Shown here one piece after another: positions 1-10,550 of a stretch of DNA of 64,000 bases. This DNA is from Sphingobacteriales bacterium (GTDB lineage Bacteria > Bacteroidota > Bacteroidia > Sphingobacteriales > Sphingobacteriaceae), in NCBI GenBank assembly GCA_004294495.1, contig REAS01000042.1, positions 12,670 to 76,669 of the forward strand. Reading direction: 5' to 3'. The position numbers and the translations under genes are program-made. Within the stretch, counting starts at the first letter, position 1, and the number at the start of each line of letters is the position of its first letter. The notes beneath the pieces are model-generated. The model worked only from the letters and a program-made list of their open reading frames with translations. It was not told the DNA's origin and did not search any database.

Positions 1-999
1 GAACCATTACCGCAAAACCCTTTTGAAAAACAAACAGATAGTTTGAAAACTAAACCCCTAAAAGATAGTTTAGCATTAACAAAACCCATAAAAACAGATA
101 GTGTATTGGTATTAAAACCAAAGCCATTGCCGCCAAAACAAAACCTAAAACCAAGCCCAATAAATATTGATTTAGTGGTACTTGCACCTCAAATTAAAAG
201 TGTAATACCCAAATTAGAAATTGTAGATAAAAAAAAGTTAGGTATTAGGGCAATTGAGGTAAAAACACCAAAGATAATTATTGCAGTAAAACCGCCATTG
301 CCGCCCGATGCTAGAGATACATCTAAAATTAGGATATTAAGTGCGTATAAAAAAGTTAAAATTTTTAAATCGGATTTGCAGGCTGTGGCCGATTCGGCAT
401 TTTTTAGCTACGGCGATTCTTGCTTACGTATTTACCAAAAACCTATGCTTTGGGCGCAAGGCAGCCAAATAGCTGCCGATACAATGTACCTGCAAATGAA
501 GCATAAAAAGGTAGATAATATGGATTTGATTAAAAACTCTATAATTGTAAATACCGAAAAAGATTCGCTTAATTTTAACCAAGTGGGAGGTAAAAAAATG
601 AAAGGCTTTTTTGTAAAAGAAAAGCTAGACCGTGTTTTTGTTGATGGCAATGCCGAAAGTATTTATTTTCCGCAAGATAGTTCGCAAAAAGGAAATATGT
701 TACGCACTATAGCCGCCCGTATGCGCATTAATTTTGCAAAAGATAGCTTAAAATCTATTTTATGGATTAGAAAACCCGAGGTAAAAATATATCCCAAAGA
801 AAAACTTACCGAAGAGCTTAAAACCTTGGCCAATTTTAGTTGGAAACCTAAAGACCGACCAGTTTCTAAAGAACAAATTATACCATCGTTACGCAAAGCG
901 ATTGTTAAGCTAAAACAAAAAACAAAAAAAACACCAGTAAATATTAAACTGAAACCTAAGCCTAAAGTTGCTGTAAAAAAGCAATCAATTTTTGGATAG
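1..999 (+). CDS. OstA-like domain protein with Lys/Pro-rich N-terminal part; 5' end probably outside the window
   Basis: ORF 43..999. The same frame stays open back to base 1, so the gene is likely cut by the window edge. The C-terminal half (LRIYQKPMLWAQGSQIAADTMYL...VFVDGNAESIYFPQD) resembles OstA/LptA-like proteins of Bacteroidota. Recognition is by eye only. Confidence 0.45.
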   Translation, partial: EPLPQNPFEKQTDSLKTKPLKDSLALTKPIKTDSVLVLKPKPLPPKQNLKPSPINIDLVVLAPQIKSVIPKLEIVDKKKLGIRAIEVKTPKIIIAVKPPLPPDARDTSKIRILSAYKKVKIFKSDLQAVADSAFFSYGDSCLRIYQKPMLWAQGSQIAADTMYLQMKHKKVDNMDLIKNSIIVNTEKDSLNFNQVGGKKMKGFFVKEKLDRVFVDGNAESIYFPQDSSQKGNMLRTIAARMRINFAKDSLKSILWIRKPEVKIYPKEKLTEELKTLANFSWKPKDRPVSKEQIIPSLRKAIVKLKQKTKKTPVNIKLKPKPKVAVKKQSIFG

Positions 1000-1537
1000 C
1001 CAAACCACGATGGCTTATTTTATTTTTTTCTTCTAAAGGCATTTCTGCAAAAGTTATGTTATAGCCGTTAGGTTCAAAAATAGCATCGTAACCAAAACCG
1101 CCTGTTCCGCTACGTTGGAGCCTAATAGTGCCGTTTACTATACCTTCAAAAATATGTTCTTGCTGGTTTAAAATTAAAGAAATTACGGTTCTAAAACGGG
1201 CATTACGGTTGTTAATTCCTTCCATTTTTTGCAATACAACGTCAATATTTTTTTCGCTATCGCGAGTACCGCCATACCTTGCCGAGTAAACACCCGGTTG
1301 ATTATCTAACGCTTCAATTTCTAAACCGGTATCGTCGCCAAAGCAACTTATTTGGTAATTATCAAAAATATAACGGCTTTTAATGCTGGCGTTTTCATCA
1401 AGTGTAACACCGGTTTCGGCAATGTCGTGGGTGCAATTAATATCGGCAAGGCTTAATATTTTAAAAGCTTCGCCAACTTTGGCCTGCACTTCTTGCTGTT
1501 TGTTTGGGTTGTTGGTGGCAAATACTAAGCTTATCAT
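962..1537 (-). CDS. rdgB: non-canonical purine NTP pyrophosphatase (RdgB/HAM1 family)
   Basis: 191 aa. Carries the family motifs FATNNPNK, FGDDTGLEIEALDNQPGVYSARY, GTGGFGYDAIFEP and SHRG. Confidence 0.9.
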   Translation of the reverse strand: MISLVFATNNPNKQQEVQAKVGEAFKILSLADINCTHDIAETGVTLDENASIKSRYIFDNYQISCFGDDTGLEIEALDNQPGVYSARYGGTRDSEKNIDVVLQKMEGINNRNARFRTVISLILNQQEHIFEGIVNGTIRLQRSGTGGFGYDAIFEPNGYNITFAEMPLEEKNKISHRGLAIQKLIAFLQQL

Positions 1538-2118
1538 ATTAGTTTTTTAAATTCGGCCCAAAAGGTTAGTTTCTTTTTTTCGTCTAGCTGCATTAATTTT
1601 AAATGCCAAGTACCTAAAATGGGCACACCTTCAAAATTGCAAATTTGGTTGGCAACAATGCCAGTAATTTCTAAATTTTTGGGGTTAATGCCAAAAAGCA
1701 ATAATTTATTAAAGCCAAAAAACTCTTTTAATTGGGTGAAATTTAAGTGTGTATTTTTTTGAATATTTAAAATGGCTACATCTTTTTGCTCGAGTTTGCG
1801 GGCAGCCAAAAGTTTGTTTAGTGCTAACATATCGGCATTGTTTAAAATATCAAAATCGGTTTCGTTAACCAATATTAATACCGATTTATTGTTATCGCCA
1901 ATGTATTTATAGTTGGGTTTAATGTTTTGGGTTAATGTAGGTATGGCTGTGGGTTGTGCTTTTGGTGGGATGCTTGGTGCAACTTCGGCTGGTTTTTCAA
2001 CCGTAAGCGCTGGCAAAGGGTCATCGGCAATAGCCAAAATGGGAGTATTTAATTGGTAAATATCCTCGTTTATTAGCAAGCTTAAAGCTATTGGGTGTTG
2101 GGTTTGCAGGTTATTCAT
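1534..2118 (-). CDS. hypothetical protein, translationally coupled to rdgB
   Basis: 194-aa ORF whose stop overlaps the rdgB start by 4 nt. No motif recognised. Confidence 0.5.
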   Translation of the reverse strand: MNNLQTQHPIALSLLINEDIYQLNTPILAIADDPLPALTVEKPAEVAPSIPPKAQPTAIPTLTQNIKPNYKYIGDNNKSVLILVNETDFDILNNADMLALNKLLAARKLEQKDVAILNIQKNTHLNFTQLKEFFGFNKLLLFGINPKNLEITGIVANQICNFEGVPILGTWHLKLMQLDEKKKLTFWAEFKKLI

Positions 2119-2504
2119 CTGCTACAAAAATAGGTTATTATTTGGTGTGGTAAAATTAGGAAATCAATAAATGGGTAGGGTGTCTCGTTCAAAAATAGGT
2201 TTTCACTAAAAAGTGTAAAAAATGGATATAATATAAATTATTGTGGAGTTAAAAGAGGCTACTATATCCGAGTATATATTAAAAAAGCACCTATCGGAGC
2301 CTTAGGCGAGAAACACGGAAATGATTTTAGAATAATACATTTGTGGGTTGTAAATTTTAGAGGGAAGCCCGAAAAATTATGGAAGTTAAATCGGAAGCGC
2401 CAGCGTTACCGGTAAATCAAAAAGACACAGAGGTGAGTCAACTTCGAGTAGAATTACGCAAAGAAAGGCTACATAACGAGTTGCTAAATGGCAATGGTAG
2501 ATAT

Positions 2505-2686
2505 AGCGCTGAAAGACCTAAGAAAACAATATCCGAAAAAAGTCATTTCCTACCGATGATGTGGTTTTAAAATCTGTTTTCATGGATCTAAAAGAGTCAA
2601 CCAAAAAATGGACAATGCTAATTTATAATTGGGGTATTATTTTAAACCAATTTATGCTTATTTTTGAGCAAAGATTAAAATTATAA
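2505..2686 (+). pseudogene. IS256-family (mutator-type) transposase, C-terminal remnant
   Basis: The frame from 2543 reads [47 protein letters not shown]. This matches the conserved C-terminus of IS256 transposases (..FP.DDa..K..yL......KKWTMpi.NWg..lnQf.i.F..R). A TAA lies just upstream in that frame and only broken frames precede it. No intact transposase body is present. Confidence 0.6.
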
Positions 2687-2754
2687 AGCCCAAACTTTTT
2701 AACTTACGTACTTAATGGAACGGTGTTATTAAAACTAAATTCGCTACCCTATAA

Positions 2755-3807
2755 ATGATTTTCTCCTTCAACGCACTTCTTTCTCGGTTATCTATACACC
2801 ACATTGGTAATAAATTACAGGATGAAAATTTAAGCCTTTCGCAAGCACCTACACATTTGCAAGATGCTGAACTAAGCAATCTTTTATTACAATATTTTTT
2901 AAACGCTTTCCAAAAAGTGAATGAGGTGTATAGGTTTTACCATTCAAGCAACGATTTGGAGTTAAACCCTGTATATAATTTTGCAGCCGCTGTTTTTGAG
3001 GATAATGGAAAATTTCATTCCAAAAGCGAGCTAATAGCCAAGCATTTATATGATATATCAAACCATCCAAAAATTAAATCGGGCGAGTTGTATGTAGTTT
3101 ATTTTAACAGCGTACAAATAGAAGGGGAGTTGTTTGACGCAATTGGTATTTTTAAATCGGAAACCAAAGAAACCTATTTAAAGGTGTTAAATAACGCCAA
3201 TGTGTTTGATTTAATTTACGAGCAAGATGCCATAAACATTAATAAATTAGATAAAGGTTGCCTAATTTTTAATACCGAAAAAGAAGAAGGCTATAAAGTT
3301 GCCGTACTGGACCAAACCAACCGAAGCAGCGAAGCGGTATATTGGAAAGATGATTTTTTAAAACTAAAAATACGTAACGATAACTACAACCAAACTCAAA
3401 ATGTGTTAGGCGTTTATAAAAACTTTGTTACCCAAAAACTAGACACCGAATTTGATTTAACCAAAGCCGATAAAATAGATTTACTCAACAAATCAATAAA
3501 ATATTTTAAAGAAAATGAAACGTTTGATTTAAACGAGTTTGCTGATGAGGTAATTGGCAACGAAAAAGGAATTTCGTCGTTTAAAGATTTTAAATTAGAT
3601 TTCGAAACCGAGTTTGAAACCCCAATTGCCGATACTTTTGATATATCGAGCGCAGCAGTAAAAAAACAATCAAAAAACTATAAAAGCGTTTTAAAACTAG
3701 ATAAAAACTTCCACATTTACATACACGGCGATAGGCAGTTAATAGAGCAAGGTACTGACACCGACGGCCGAAAATTTTATAAAATATATTACAAAGACGA
3801 AAGCTAA
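2755..3807 (+). CDS. nucleoid-associated protein (NdpA/YejK-like, 37-kDa family)
   Basis: 350 aa. The N-terminus (LSRLSIHHIGNKLQDENLSLS) is typical of the Bacteroidota branch of this family. Assignment is by eye. Confidence 0.55.
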   Translation: MIFSFNALLSRLSIHHIGNKLQDENLSLSQAPTHLQDAELSNLLLQYFLNAFQKVNEVYRFYHSSNDLELNPVYNFAAAVFEDNGKFHSKSELIAKHLYDISNHPKIKSGELYVVYFNSVQIEGELFDAIGIFKSETKETYLKVLNNANVFDLIYEQDAININKLDKGCLIFNTEKEEGYKVAVLDQTNRSSEAVYWKDDFLKLKIRNDNYNQTQNVLGVYKNFVTQKLDTEFDLTKADKIDLLNKSIKYFKENETFDLNEFADEVIGNEKGISSFKDFKLDFETEFETPIADTFDISSAAVKKQSKNYKSVLKLDKNFHIYIHGDRQLIEQGTDTDGRKFYKIYYKDES

Positions 3808-3829
3808 ATCCCAAAAAAAACACACCAAT

Positions 3830-4471
3830 ATGCCAACCATAAAATCTTTTACCAACAATCCATACCAAGAAAATACCTATATTTTATACGATGAAACCCA
3901 ACAATGTGTAATTATAGACCCTGGTATGTACACCGGAGCCGAGCAAAATGCCGTTGTAAATTTTATAACCAGCAATAACCTAAAGCCCCAATTATTGTTA
4001 AACACCCATTGCCATATAGACCACGTTTTGGGCAACAAATTTATTTTTGATAACTACGGCTTAAAGCCACAGTTACATAAAAACGAATTACAATTGTTAG
4101 AAGCCATACCATCGTACGCACCGCAACAAGGCTTTAATGATTACCAACTTTCGCCCTTGCCCGAAGTATTTTTGCCCGAAACTGGTTTAATAAAATTCGG
4201 AAACAGCGAGCTGGAAATTATTTTTGCTCCCGGCCACTCGCCCGGGCATCTATGTTTTTATAGCAAAGCCGATGCCTATTTAATAGGTGGCGATGTTTTG
4301 TTTTACACCAGCATTGGTCGTACCGATTTGCCCGGAGGTAACCACAACCAACTCATAAACAGTATAAAAAACAATTTAATGGCATTGCCAAACAATGTGG
4401 TAGTTTACGCTGGCCACGGTCCGGCAACCCAAATTGGTTTCGAGCGGTTAAACAATCCTTACCTAAATTAA
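3830..4471 (+). CDS. MBL-fold metallo-hydrolase (glyoxalase II-like)
   Basis: 213 aa with the metal-binding motif THCHIDHVLG and downstream GHSPGH and GHG. Confidence 0.85.
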   Translation: MPTIKSFTNNPYQENTYILYDETQQCVIIDPGMYTGAEQNAVVNFITSNNLKPQLLLNTHCHIDHVLGNKFIFDNYGLKPQLHKNELQLLEAIPSYAPQQGFNDYQLSPLPEVFLPETGLIKFGNSELEIIFAPGHSPGHLCFYSKADAYLIGGDVLFYTSIGRTDLPGGNHNQLINSIKNNLMALPNNVVVYAGHGPATQIGFERLNNPYLN

Positions 4472-4473
4472 TT

Positions 4474-5700
4474 TTGAATACCTCGTTTTACATAGCCAAG
4501 CGGTATCTTTTTTCTAAGAAAAGCACCAATGCCATCAACATAATTTCGGGCATAAGTATGCTTGGGGTTTTTGTAGGCAGTGCAGCCTTAATTATTATAC
4601 TTTCGGTGTTTAACGGTTTCGAAGGTTTGGTGTTAAGTATGTACAGCACTTTTACGCCCGATGTTAGGATAGAACCCGCAACTGGCAAAACCTTCGACCC
4701 TCGCACTCCGCAATTACAAGCTTTAAAAAACAATCCTAACGTTTTGATTTTTGGTGAAGTGTTGCAAGAAAAATCGCTATTGCGCTACGATGATAGGCAA
4801 TTTATTGGGCGCATAAAAGGAGTTGAGAGCAACTTTTTAGCTAATGCCGATTTAGATACCATAACGGTACAAGGCCAATTTTTATTAAACGATGAACAAC
4901 AAAATTACGCCGTGGTAGGTGCTGGTGTACAGTACAATTTGGGTATAAACGTAGATGATCAAATCAGAAGTCTCCAAATATTTTCGCCAAAAAAAGGTCT
5001 TGCAACTGGCTTTGCTGGCGTTAACGAATTTAACTCAACAGCATTATTACCCGTTGGTGTATTTCAGTCGGGGCAAGATTTTGATGATTTAGTGATACTC
5101 CCATTAACCGTAGCTCGAGAGTTGCTTAACGAACCTAACAAGGTTTCGGCTATAGAAATTACTTTAAAAAATAAGGCTGTTGCCGATGATTTTATAGCCC
5201 AAATAAAATTGCACCAAAATAAAAACCTAGTAATAAAAAACCGAGTTCAGCAAAACGCATTGTTGTATAAAATTTTAAATTCCGAGAAATGGGCCGTTTA
5301 TTTTATGCTCACTTTTATATTAGTAATAGCCATTTTTAACATCATAGGCTCGCTAACTATGTTGGTTATGGATAAAAAGAAAGATATTGCCATACTTGCA
5401 GGATTGGGGGCAAACAAAAGTTTAGTAGGCCAAATTTTCTTTTTCGAAGGAATGATGATTTGCCTAATAGGTTGTTTGGCAGGAGTTTTAGCTGGTTTAG
5501 CTTTTTGTATTTTGCAACAAAAATACGGTTTAATTAGTATGGGTAATGGTAACTTAATTATTACGGCTTATCCCATAATTTTAAAATTAAAAGATTTTTT
5601 TATGGTATTTCTTACTGTTGCAACAGTTTCTCTAATAGCATCGGGCATAAGCGCAAGGTTAAGCGTTAAACATTTCGATAATTTAAAAGGCGAGTTGTAG
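4474..5700 (+). CDS. ABC transporter permease, LolC/LolE (FtsX-like) family
   Basis: 408 aa, TTG start. The N-terminus (FYIAKRYLFSKKSTNAINIISGISMLGV) and the C-terminal four-TM FtsX-type region are typical of this family. Confidence 0.85.
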   Translation: MNTSFYIAKRYLFSKKSTNAINIISGISMLGVFVGSAALIIILSVFNGFEGLVLSMYSTFTPDVRIEPATGKTFDPRTPQLQALKNNPNVLIFGEVLQEKSLLRYDDRQFIGRIKGVESNFLANADLDTITVQGQFLLNDEQQNYAVVGAGVQYNLGINVDDQIRSLQIFSPKKGLATGFAGVNEFNSTALLPVGVFQSGQDFDDLVILPLTVARELLNEPNKVSAIEITLKNKAVADDFIAQIKLHQNKNLVIKNRVQQNALLYKILNSEKWAVYFMLTFILVIAIFNIIGSLTMLVMDKKKDIAILAGLGANKSLVGQIFFFEGMMICLIGCLAGVLAGLAFCILQQKYGLISMGNGNLIITAYPIILKLKDFFMVFLTVATVSLIASGISARLSVKHFDNLKGEL

Positions 5701-5708
5701 GTTAAGTT

Positions 5709-6320
5709 TTAAAATCCTACCTTAATACCCAAAGCAAAATTTAATTGATTTGCCGCATTGTAATTTGTGCCTGCGGCTTTGCTTGCTGTAATACCAGTAA
5801 AATCTACAAAACCATAATCAACAACAGTAAAAGCAATTAAATCTTTGTTTATAAAGTAGTTAATTTCGGGAGCAATAAAAAATACCGAGCCGAAAGTATA
5901 ATATCTAAACCGCTCGTAACTGCGATTATCAATAATTTGATTTTTTAAATTAAAACCTCCTATCCCAATTTTGGGTATAAAAAGCCATTTATTGCTTAAT
6001 TTTTTTGAGTAGCTAAGGAAAACGCCAAAATCGGATACCGAACTATTTTGGGTATTACCAACATATTGGGTGCTTATAATTTTGGCTTGGTTATACCTGT
6101 AAAATGCCCCTACATTAAATTTTTTGTAAACATTTAAACTAAATTGCATACCAAAAGTGGGGTAATTATTGTACGATTTTGCTAAAAAGTTATCGCCCAC
6201 AAAAGTTCTATAACTTGTAAAAATCCCAAAAGATGATTGTTCATCATTAGCTATTTTACTGTTTTGAGCAAAGCAAACTGTGGTACAAAGTCCGAAAAAA
6301 AACATAAAAAAAACTCTCAT
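5709..6320 (-). CDS. outer-membrane beta-barrel protein (porin-like), signal peptide
   Basis: 203 aa. Has an N-terminal signal sequence, alternating aromatic/hydrophilic strands and a C-terminal aromatic residue (..LGIKVGF). Confidence 0.5.
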   Translation of the reverse strand: MRVFFMFFFGLCTTVCFAQNSKIANDEQSSFGIFTSYRTFVGDNFLAKSYNNYPTFGMQFSLNVYKKFNVGAFYRYNQAKIISTQYVGNTQNSSVSDFGVFLSYSKKLSNKWLFIPKIGIGGFNLKNQIIDNRSYERFRYYTFGSVFFIAPEINYFINKDLIAFTVVDYGFVDFTGITASKAAGTNYNAANQLNFALGIKVGF

Positions 6321-6730
6321 TTGTAGCTAATTTTCAAAGTTTGTAAATCAATTAAAGCATTAATAAATTTATTAGGTTGTAAGTAAACCAAATAATTATA
6401 GTTCGAATTTACTTTTACCGAGTCTATCATTTGCAACCCATAAGGCAATTGCAAATAAACATCTCCGTTTGATTTTGGGTAGTTGATTTTAAAATCACCA
6501 TTGCTATCGGTTACACCTGTTGCGCAAATTGCTTCATCAGTTCCACGACTACCAAAACCACCTGCAGTTTCTTTAGTGTTATAAACCTGCAAGGTTATGT
6601 TGGGTATGCTTGTATTATTAGCATCGGTAAGCCTACCTTTTACAGTTAAAAAAGCCATTCCATCAAACTGCAATTTTCCACATCCTAAAAAAAATAGTGC
6701 AATAAACAAAAGAAGTATTTTATTATTCAT
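6317..6730 (-). CDS. lipoprotein with carboxypeptidase-regulatory-like fold
   Basis: 137 aa. Has a lipobox-like LFFLGC and a VKGRLTDANNTSIPNITLQVYN-type segment. Overlaps the downstream barrel gene by 4 nt. Confidence 0.45.
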   Translation of the reverse strand: MNNKILLLFIALFFLGCGKLQFDGMAFLTVKGRLTDANNTSIPNITLQVYNTKETAGGFGSRGTDEAICATGVTDSNGDFKINYPKSNGDVYLQLPYGLQMIDSVKVNSNYNYLVYLQPNKFINALIDLQTLKISYK

Positions 6731-6908
6731 TGGAATTAAATTTTAAACACCTTATAAAAGTAGATAATAAAAAAATATATTTAGATATTAAAGTAATATT
6801 AAACGTAAATAACTACAATTTGTGAAATTAACTTTGAATATGTTTTTTGAATAAAATACAATTATCAGTACTTTAAATTTAATATATTTGGTTACCAAAA
6901 TTAAAATT

Positions 6909-7307
6909 ATGAAAAAGTTAAAATTTATTTTTTTGTTTTTAATATTTATTGCAGCAAAGGTTTCACAAGGGCAAATTTTAAATCAAGATTCTTTAAACAA
7001 ATCTAATGCTGCAAAATCTGATGCAGAATTTTTTAAACTTAAACCCCAACAGCTAAAAATGTTTAGAAAAAATGCATTTCAAGCCAATTCAGATTATTTT
7101 AAACCTACGTTGGAGTATACCTCAAACGTTTCGTTGATAAACGATTCGGTTTATGTTAGTGTTTTTAAAACCAAGGCTTTCCAAAAAGCTTTATTACAAA
7201 AAAAAAGAACCCTTGGTCATAAAATTTTAGTGGGTGTTGGGATTTATTATGCGGTAGGGCTATTAGTTATGGTTGTTTGGATTTCAAGTGGCAATTTATT
7301 GCCTTAA
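6909..7307 (+). CDS. hypothetical secreted/membrane-anchored protein
   Basis: ORF 6888..7307. I prefer the ATG at 6909 (MKKLKFIFLFLIFIAAKVSQG, a signal peptide). A C-terminal TM segment is present. Confidence 0.4.
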   Translation: MKKLKFIFLFLIFIAAKVSQGQILNQDSLNKSNAAKSDAEFFKLKPQQLKMFRKNAFQANSDYFKPTLEYTSNVSLINDSVYVSVFKTKAFQKALLQKKRTLGHKILVGVGIYYAVGLLVMVVWISSGNLLP

Positions 7308-7585
7308 ACTAATTAAACTATATTGATGTTTCAATTTTAATAATACTTAAAATACTATATACCTGAGTTCGATTGTTTATTCTAATATAATTTACTGTTT
7401 ATTAAGGTTATAAGCTATCTCTTGCGTTAACGATTGCAGCGGCATCCTTTTTTTACGCCGAAACTCCCCCTTCGGGGGTCGGGGGGATAAATAAATAAAA
7501 AAAGATATAGCGTAAAGCGTGTTAAAACGCCCTAATCATTACGAAAACAATATTTATAAGTAACATTTTTTGTAATTTATATTTA

Positions 7586-8413
7586 TCACAAAAACAAATC
7601 CTCTCCCACCTCCTCAATCAAACCTAATTTAAAAGCTTGTTTAAAAAGCACTTCAATTGCATTTTTCCCATGTTCACCTAAATTAAGCGAATATTGGTTT
7701 ACATATAAATTAATGTGCTGATAAATAACTTCTTCGCTCATTTCTTGTGCGTGTTGGCGTATAAAAGCCAAGCTGGCTTTGGGGTTTTCAAAGGCATACG
7801 CTACCGATTTTTCTATAACCCGCTGCACTTTTTCTTTAACCTCATTAGGTACAGTACGTTTAATAGCAATGCCACCTAAAGGTATAGGAAGAGCGGTTTT
7901 TTGTTCCCAAAATGCGCCCAAATCTTGCACTAAATGCAAACCTTTATCTTGGTAAGTAAATCTATTTTCGTGAATTATTACGCCCAAATCAATTTCGTTT
8001 GCTAGTAATTTTTGTTCAATATTAGAAAAAACAGTTTCTACTTTATTAGTTAAAGTTGGGTAAGCCAAGCTTAATAAAAAATTGGCTGTTGTAAATTTCC
8101 CCGGAATGCCTATCTTTAAGTTAGCATCTAAAACCTTCAGGTTTTCTTGTTTAGAAATTAATAAAGGCCCAACCCCAAAACCCAAAGCACTACCGGCACT
8201 TAGCAAAACGTATTTATTTAATACGTGGGCAAAAGCAAAATAACTTAGTTTTGTAATATCTAATTCAGCTGCAAAAGCTTTATTATTAAGCGTTTCAACA
8301 TCATCATAATACACTTCAAATTCTAAACCTTCGGTATCTATTTTACCGTTAATTAGGGCATCAAAAATAAAAGTATCGTTAGGGCAAGGCGATATTCCTA
8401 TACTAAGTCTCAT
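7586..8413 (-). CDS. mqnD: 1,4-dihydroxy-6-naphthoate synthase (futalosine pathway)
   Basis: 275 aa. The N-terminus (GISPCPNDTFIFDALINGKIDTEGLEFEVYYDDVETLN) is characteristic of MqnD (MqnA/MqnD family). Confidence 0.8.
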   Translation of the reverse strand: MRLSIGISPCPNDTFIFDALINGKIDTEGLEFEVYYDDVETLNNKAFAAELDITKLSYFAFAHVLNKYVLLSAGSALGFGVGPLLISKQENLKVLDANLKIGIPGKFTTANFLLSLAYPTLTNKVETVFSNIEQKLLANEIDLGVIIHENRFTYQDKGLHLVQDLGAFWEQKTALPIPLGGIAIKRTVPNEVKEKVQRVIEKSVAYAFENPKASLAFIRQHAQEMSEEVIYQHINLYVNQYSLNLGEHGKNAIEVLFKQAFKLGLIEEVGEDLFL

Positions 8414-8419
8414 AACAAA

Positions 8420-9082
8420 TTATTTTGCAAACGATTTAAAAAACCTTATTAACGATGCATTCACACCGCTTACCGCCGTACGCACATCCCAATTATCGGT
8501 ATTGCGTTTTTCTATAAAATTAGAAATGCCACGCACCTGCACACAAGGTGTTTGACTTTGCTGGCAAGCGTAATAAAACGCCGCACCTTCCATAGTTTCA
8601 ATATCGGGGTTTAAGCGGTGAATGGTTTTTTGTATGTTTTTAAAATTACCGCTAACCTTATTTACCGTTATCGCATTTACTGGTTTTAGGCTATCTAACC
8701 ACTTGGTAATTAGTTTATTTTCTTTATCAATGTTTGGTAAAGTAGCCGCTTTGCCAAAGCCTAAATCATCAATACTTAAAAACTGACTATCGTTTTCGGC
8801 ACCCAGTTCGGCAAAAATATCTTCTTTTACCCAAACCACGTCGCCTAAATTAAACTGTGGTTTAAAACTACCTGCAATACCCGCATTTATGGCTAAATCG
8901 TATTTGTTGTTTGCCAATTTTTGCCCCAAAGCAAAGGCCGTTGCTACCATACCCACGCCGGTAAACAAAATTTCTACGTTAATTCCCTCGGTACTAAACG
9001 ATGACGAATCTTCTTTAAAATGAAAAAAAGAGGTAACATTTTTAAGCTCTAATTTTGTTGCGGCAACCAATAAAATATTCAT
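8420..9082 (-). CDS. mqnB: futalosine hydrolase (nucleoside phosphorylase fold)
   Basis: 220 aa with a PNP/MTAN-like fold (MNILLVAATKLE.., GVGMVATA, TMEGAAF). Lies directly upstream of mqnD in the same operon. Confidence 0.7.
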   Translation of the reverse strand: MNILLVAATKLELKNVTSFFHFKEDSSSFSTEGINVEILFTGVGMVATAFALGQKLANNKYDLAINAGIAGSFKPQFNLGDVVWVKEDIFAELGAENDSQFLSIDDLGFGKAATLPNIDKENKLITKWLDSLKPVNAITVNKVSGNFKNIQKTIHRLNPDIETMEGAAFYYACQQSQTPCVQVRGISNFIEKRNTDNWDVRTAVSGVNASLIRFFKSFAK

Positions 9083-9166
9083 ATCCCAAACTTACGCACA
9101 ATTAGGCAAAATGTATGTTTTCGGTTGTAAATGCTTTGTTTATATTTGCGCTTTATTTTAGCAACA

Positions 9167-9580
9167 ATGATTTACATTACAAGAAAAGAGCATTTTAACG
9201 CAGCACACAAACTTTACCGCCACGATTGGAGTGTAGAAAAAAACGAAGCCGTTTTTGGCCGTTGCGCAAATGCCAATTGGCATGGCCATAATTACGATTT
9301 GTATGTAACCATAAAAGGCGAAATAAATTACGAAACCGGTTTTGTAATGGATTTAAAAGAACTAAAAACCCTTATTGTACAATACGTTACCGATAAACTC
9401 GACCATAAAAACCTAAACCTAGATGTAGATTTCATGAAAGATAAAATGGCATCAACCGAAGTATTAGCCATAGAAATTTGGAAACAATTAGCCCCACATA
9501 TACAGCAACGTAATGCCACCCTTCACTGCATAAAACTGTACGAAACCGCCAATAATTTTGTAGAATACTTTGGCGAATAG
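9167..9580 (+). CDS. queD: 6-carboxy-5,6,7,8-tetrahydropterin synthase
   Basis: ORF 9131..9580. The start is chosen at the ATG at 9167 (MIYITRKEHFNAAHKL). The CANANWHGHNYDL motif is typical of QueD/PTPS. Confidence 0.85.
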   Translation: MIYITRKEHFNAAHKLYRHDWSVEKNEAVFGRCANANWHGHNYDLYVTIKGEINYETGFVMDLKELKTLIVQYVTDKLDHKNLNLDVDFMKDKMASTEVLAIEIWKQLAPHIQQRNATLHCIKLYETANNFVEYFGE

Positions 9581-9873
9581 TTTTTTTTGAAGCAACAAAA
9601 CGGGGGTAAGCGTTTAACTTAATTTGTACCAGCTTTCCGCTAAACTCCGCTTAGCCCCAAAAAGGCCAATGCGGGGTACCGCTGCAATCTGGGCTAATAT
9701 TAAAGGTTGGTGGGTTTGGCGGAGGTTTGGTAACTGGAATTAAAATAAAATATCAAGGTTACAGAATTTATTGCAATCTTGGCTTGTAACAAAGCCATCA
9801 TCAAACTTTAAATAAATTGAATTAAAGTAGTATATAATTCCTTAAATTTATAAATTATTAAAACTTCACAGCT

Positions 9874-10077
9874 ATGGACATAGTTTTAAAAAACGTTAAG
9901 AAAAAAGATTTTCCACTCCTTAAATCGCTTTCTAAATCACTCGGTTTTGAAATTGAAAAGGAAGAAAAACCATATAATCCCCAATTTGTAAAAGAAATTT
10001 TAGAATCCGCAAATGAGGTTAGGCAAGGTAAGGGTATAAAATTTTCGATGGAAGAATTAGATCGTTTATGGAGATAA
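9874..10077 (+). CDS. putative antitoxin partner of YoeB-like toxin
   Basis: 67-aa ORF whose end overlaps the toxin start by 10 nt. Assignment rests on position and size. Confidence 0.55.
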   Translation: MDIVLKNVKKKDFPLLKSLSKSLGFEIEKEEKPYNPQFVKEILESANEVRQGKGIKFSMEELDRLWR

Positions 10078-10340
10078 TCTATTCTAAAAAAGCGATAAAA
10101 GATTTAGAGTTTTGGTCAAAATCTGGAAATAAGATTATTTTAAAAAAGATTTCAGAATTAATTAATGCGATTCAAATAAATCCTTATAAAGGGATTGGTA
10201 AACCCGAATCTTTAAAATACGAATTGACTGGTTTCTGGTCTAGAAGAATTGATGCAGAACACAGAATTATTTATGAAATAATTGACGAAAACACCATAGA
10301 TATTTTAAGTATCATATCCCTAAAAGGGCATTACAAATAA
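10068..10340 (+). CDS. yoeB: Txe/YoeB family type II toxin
   Basis: 90 aa. The sequence PYKGIGKPESLKYELTGFWSRRIDAEHRIIYEI...ILSLKGHY is the YoeB signature. Confidence 0.85.
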   Translation: MEIIYSKKAIKDLEFWSKSGNKIILKKISELINAIQINPYKGIGKPESLKYELTGFWSRRIDAEHRIIYEIIDENTIDILSIISLKGHYK

Positions 10341-10550
10341 ACCACAGTCCTGGTTTGTGTAACCAATAAACAATATTTTTTTAATAGCTAACAATGCTTA
10401 TCCCCCTTTTTTATTTTACATTCTAAAGCATTTAAACCAAGCCGTACTAAATCAATTCGGTTCATAAATTTTGCGGAAAACTAAACAATCAAATCCGTTC
10501 TCAAAAAAACCATCTCTCCCTCAAAATTGTATTATTAAAAAAACCGTTAA

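Noticed and set aside
2379-2570. 63-aa ORF upstream of the IS256 remnant as a real gene
   Set aside because: It lies within the degraded transposase region in a different frame from the recognisable C-terminal remnant, so it is most likely a by-product of pseudogene decay.
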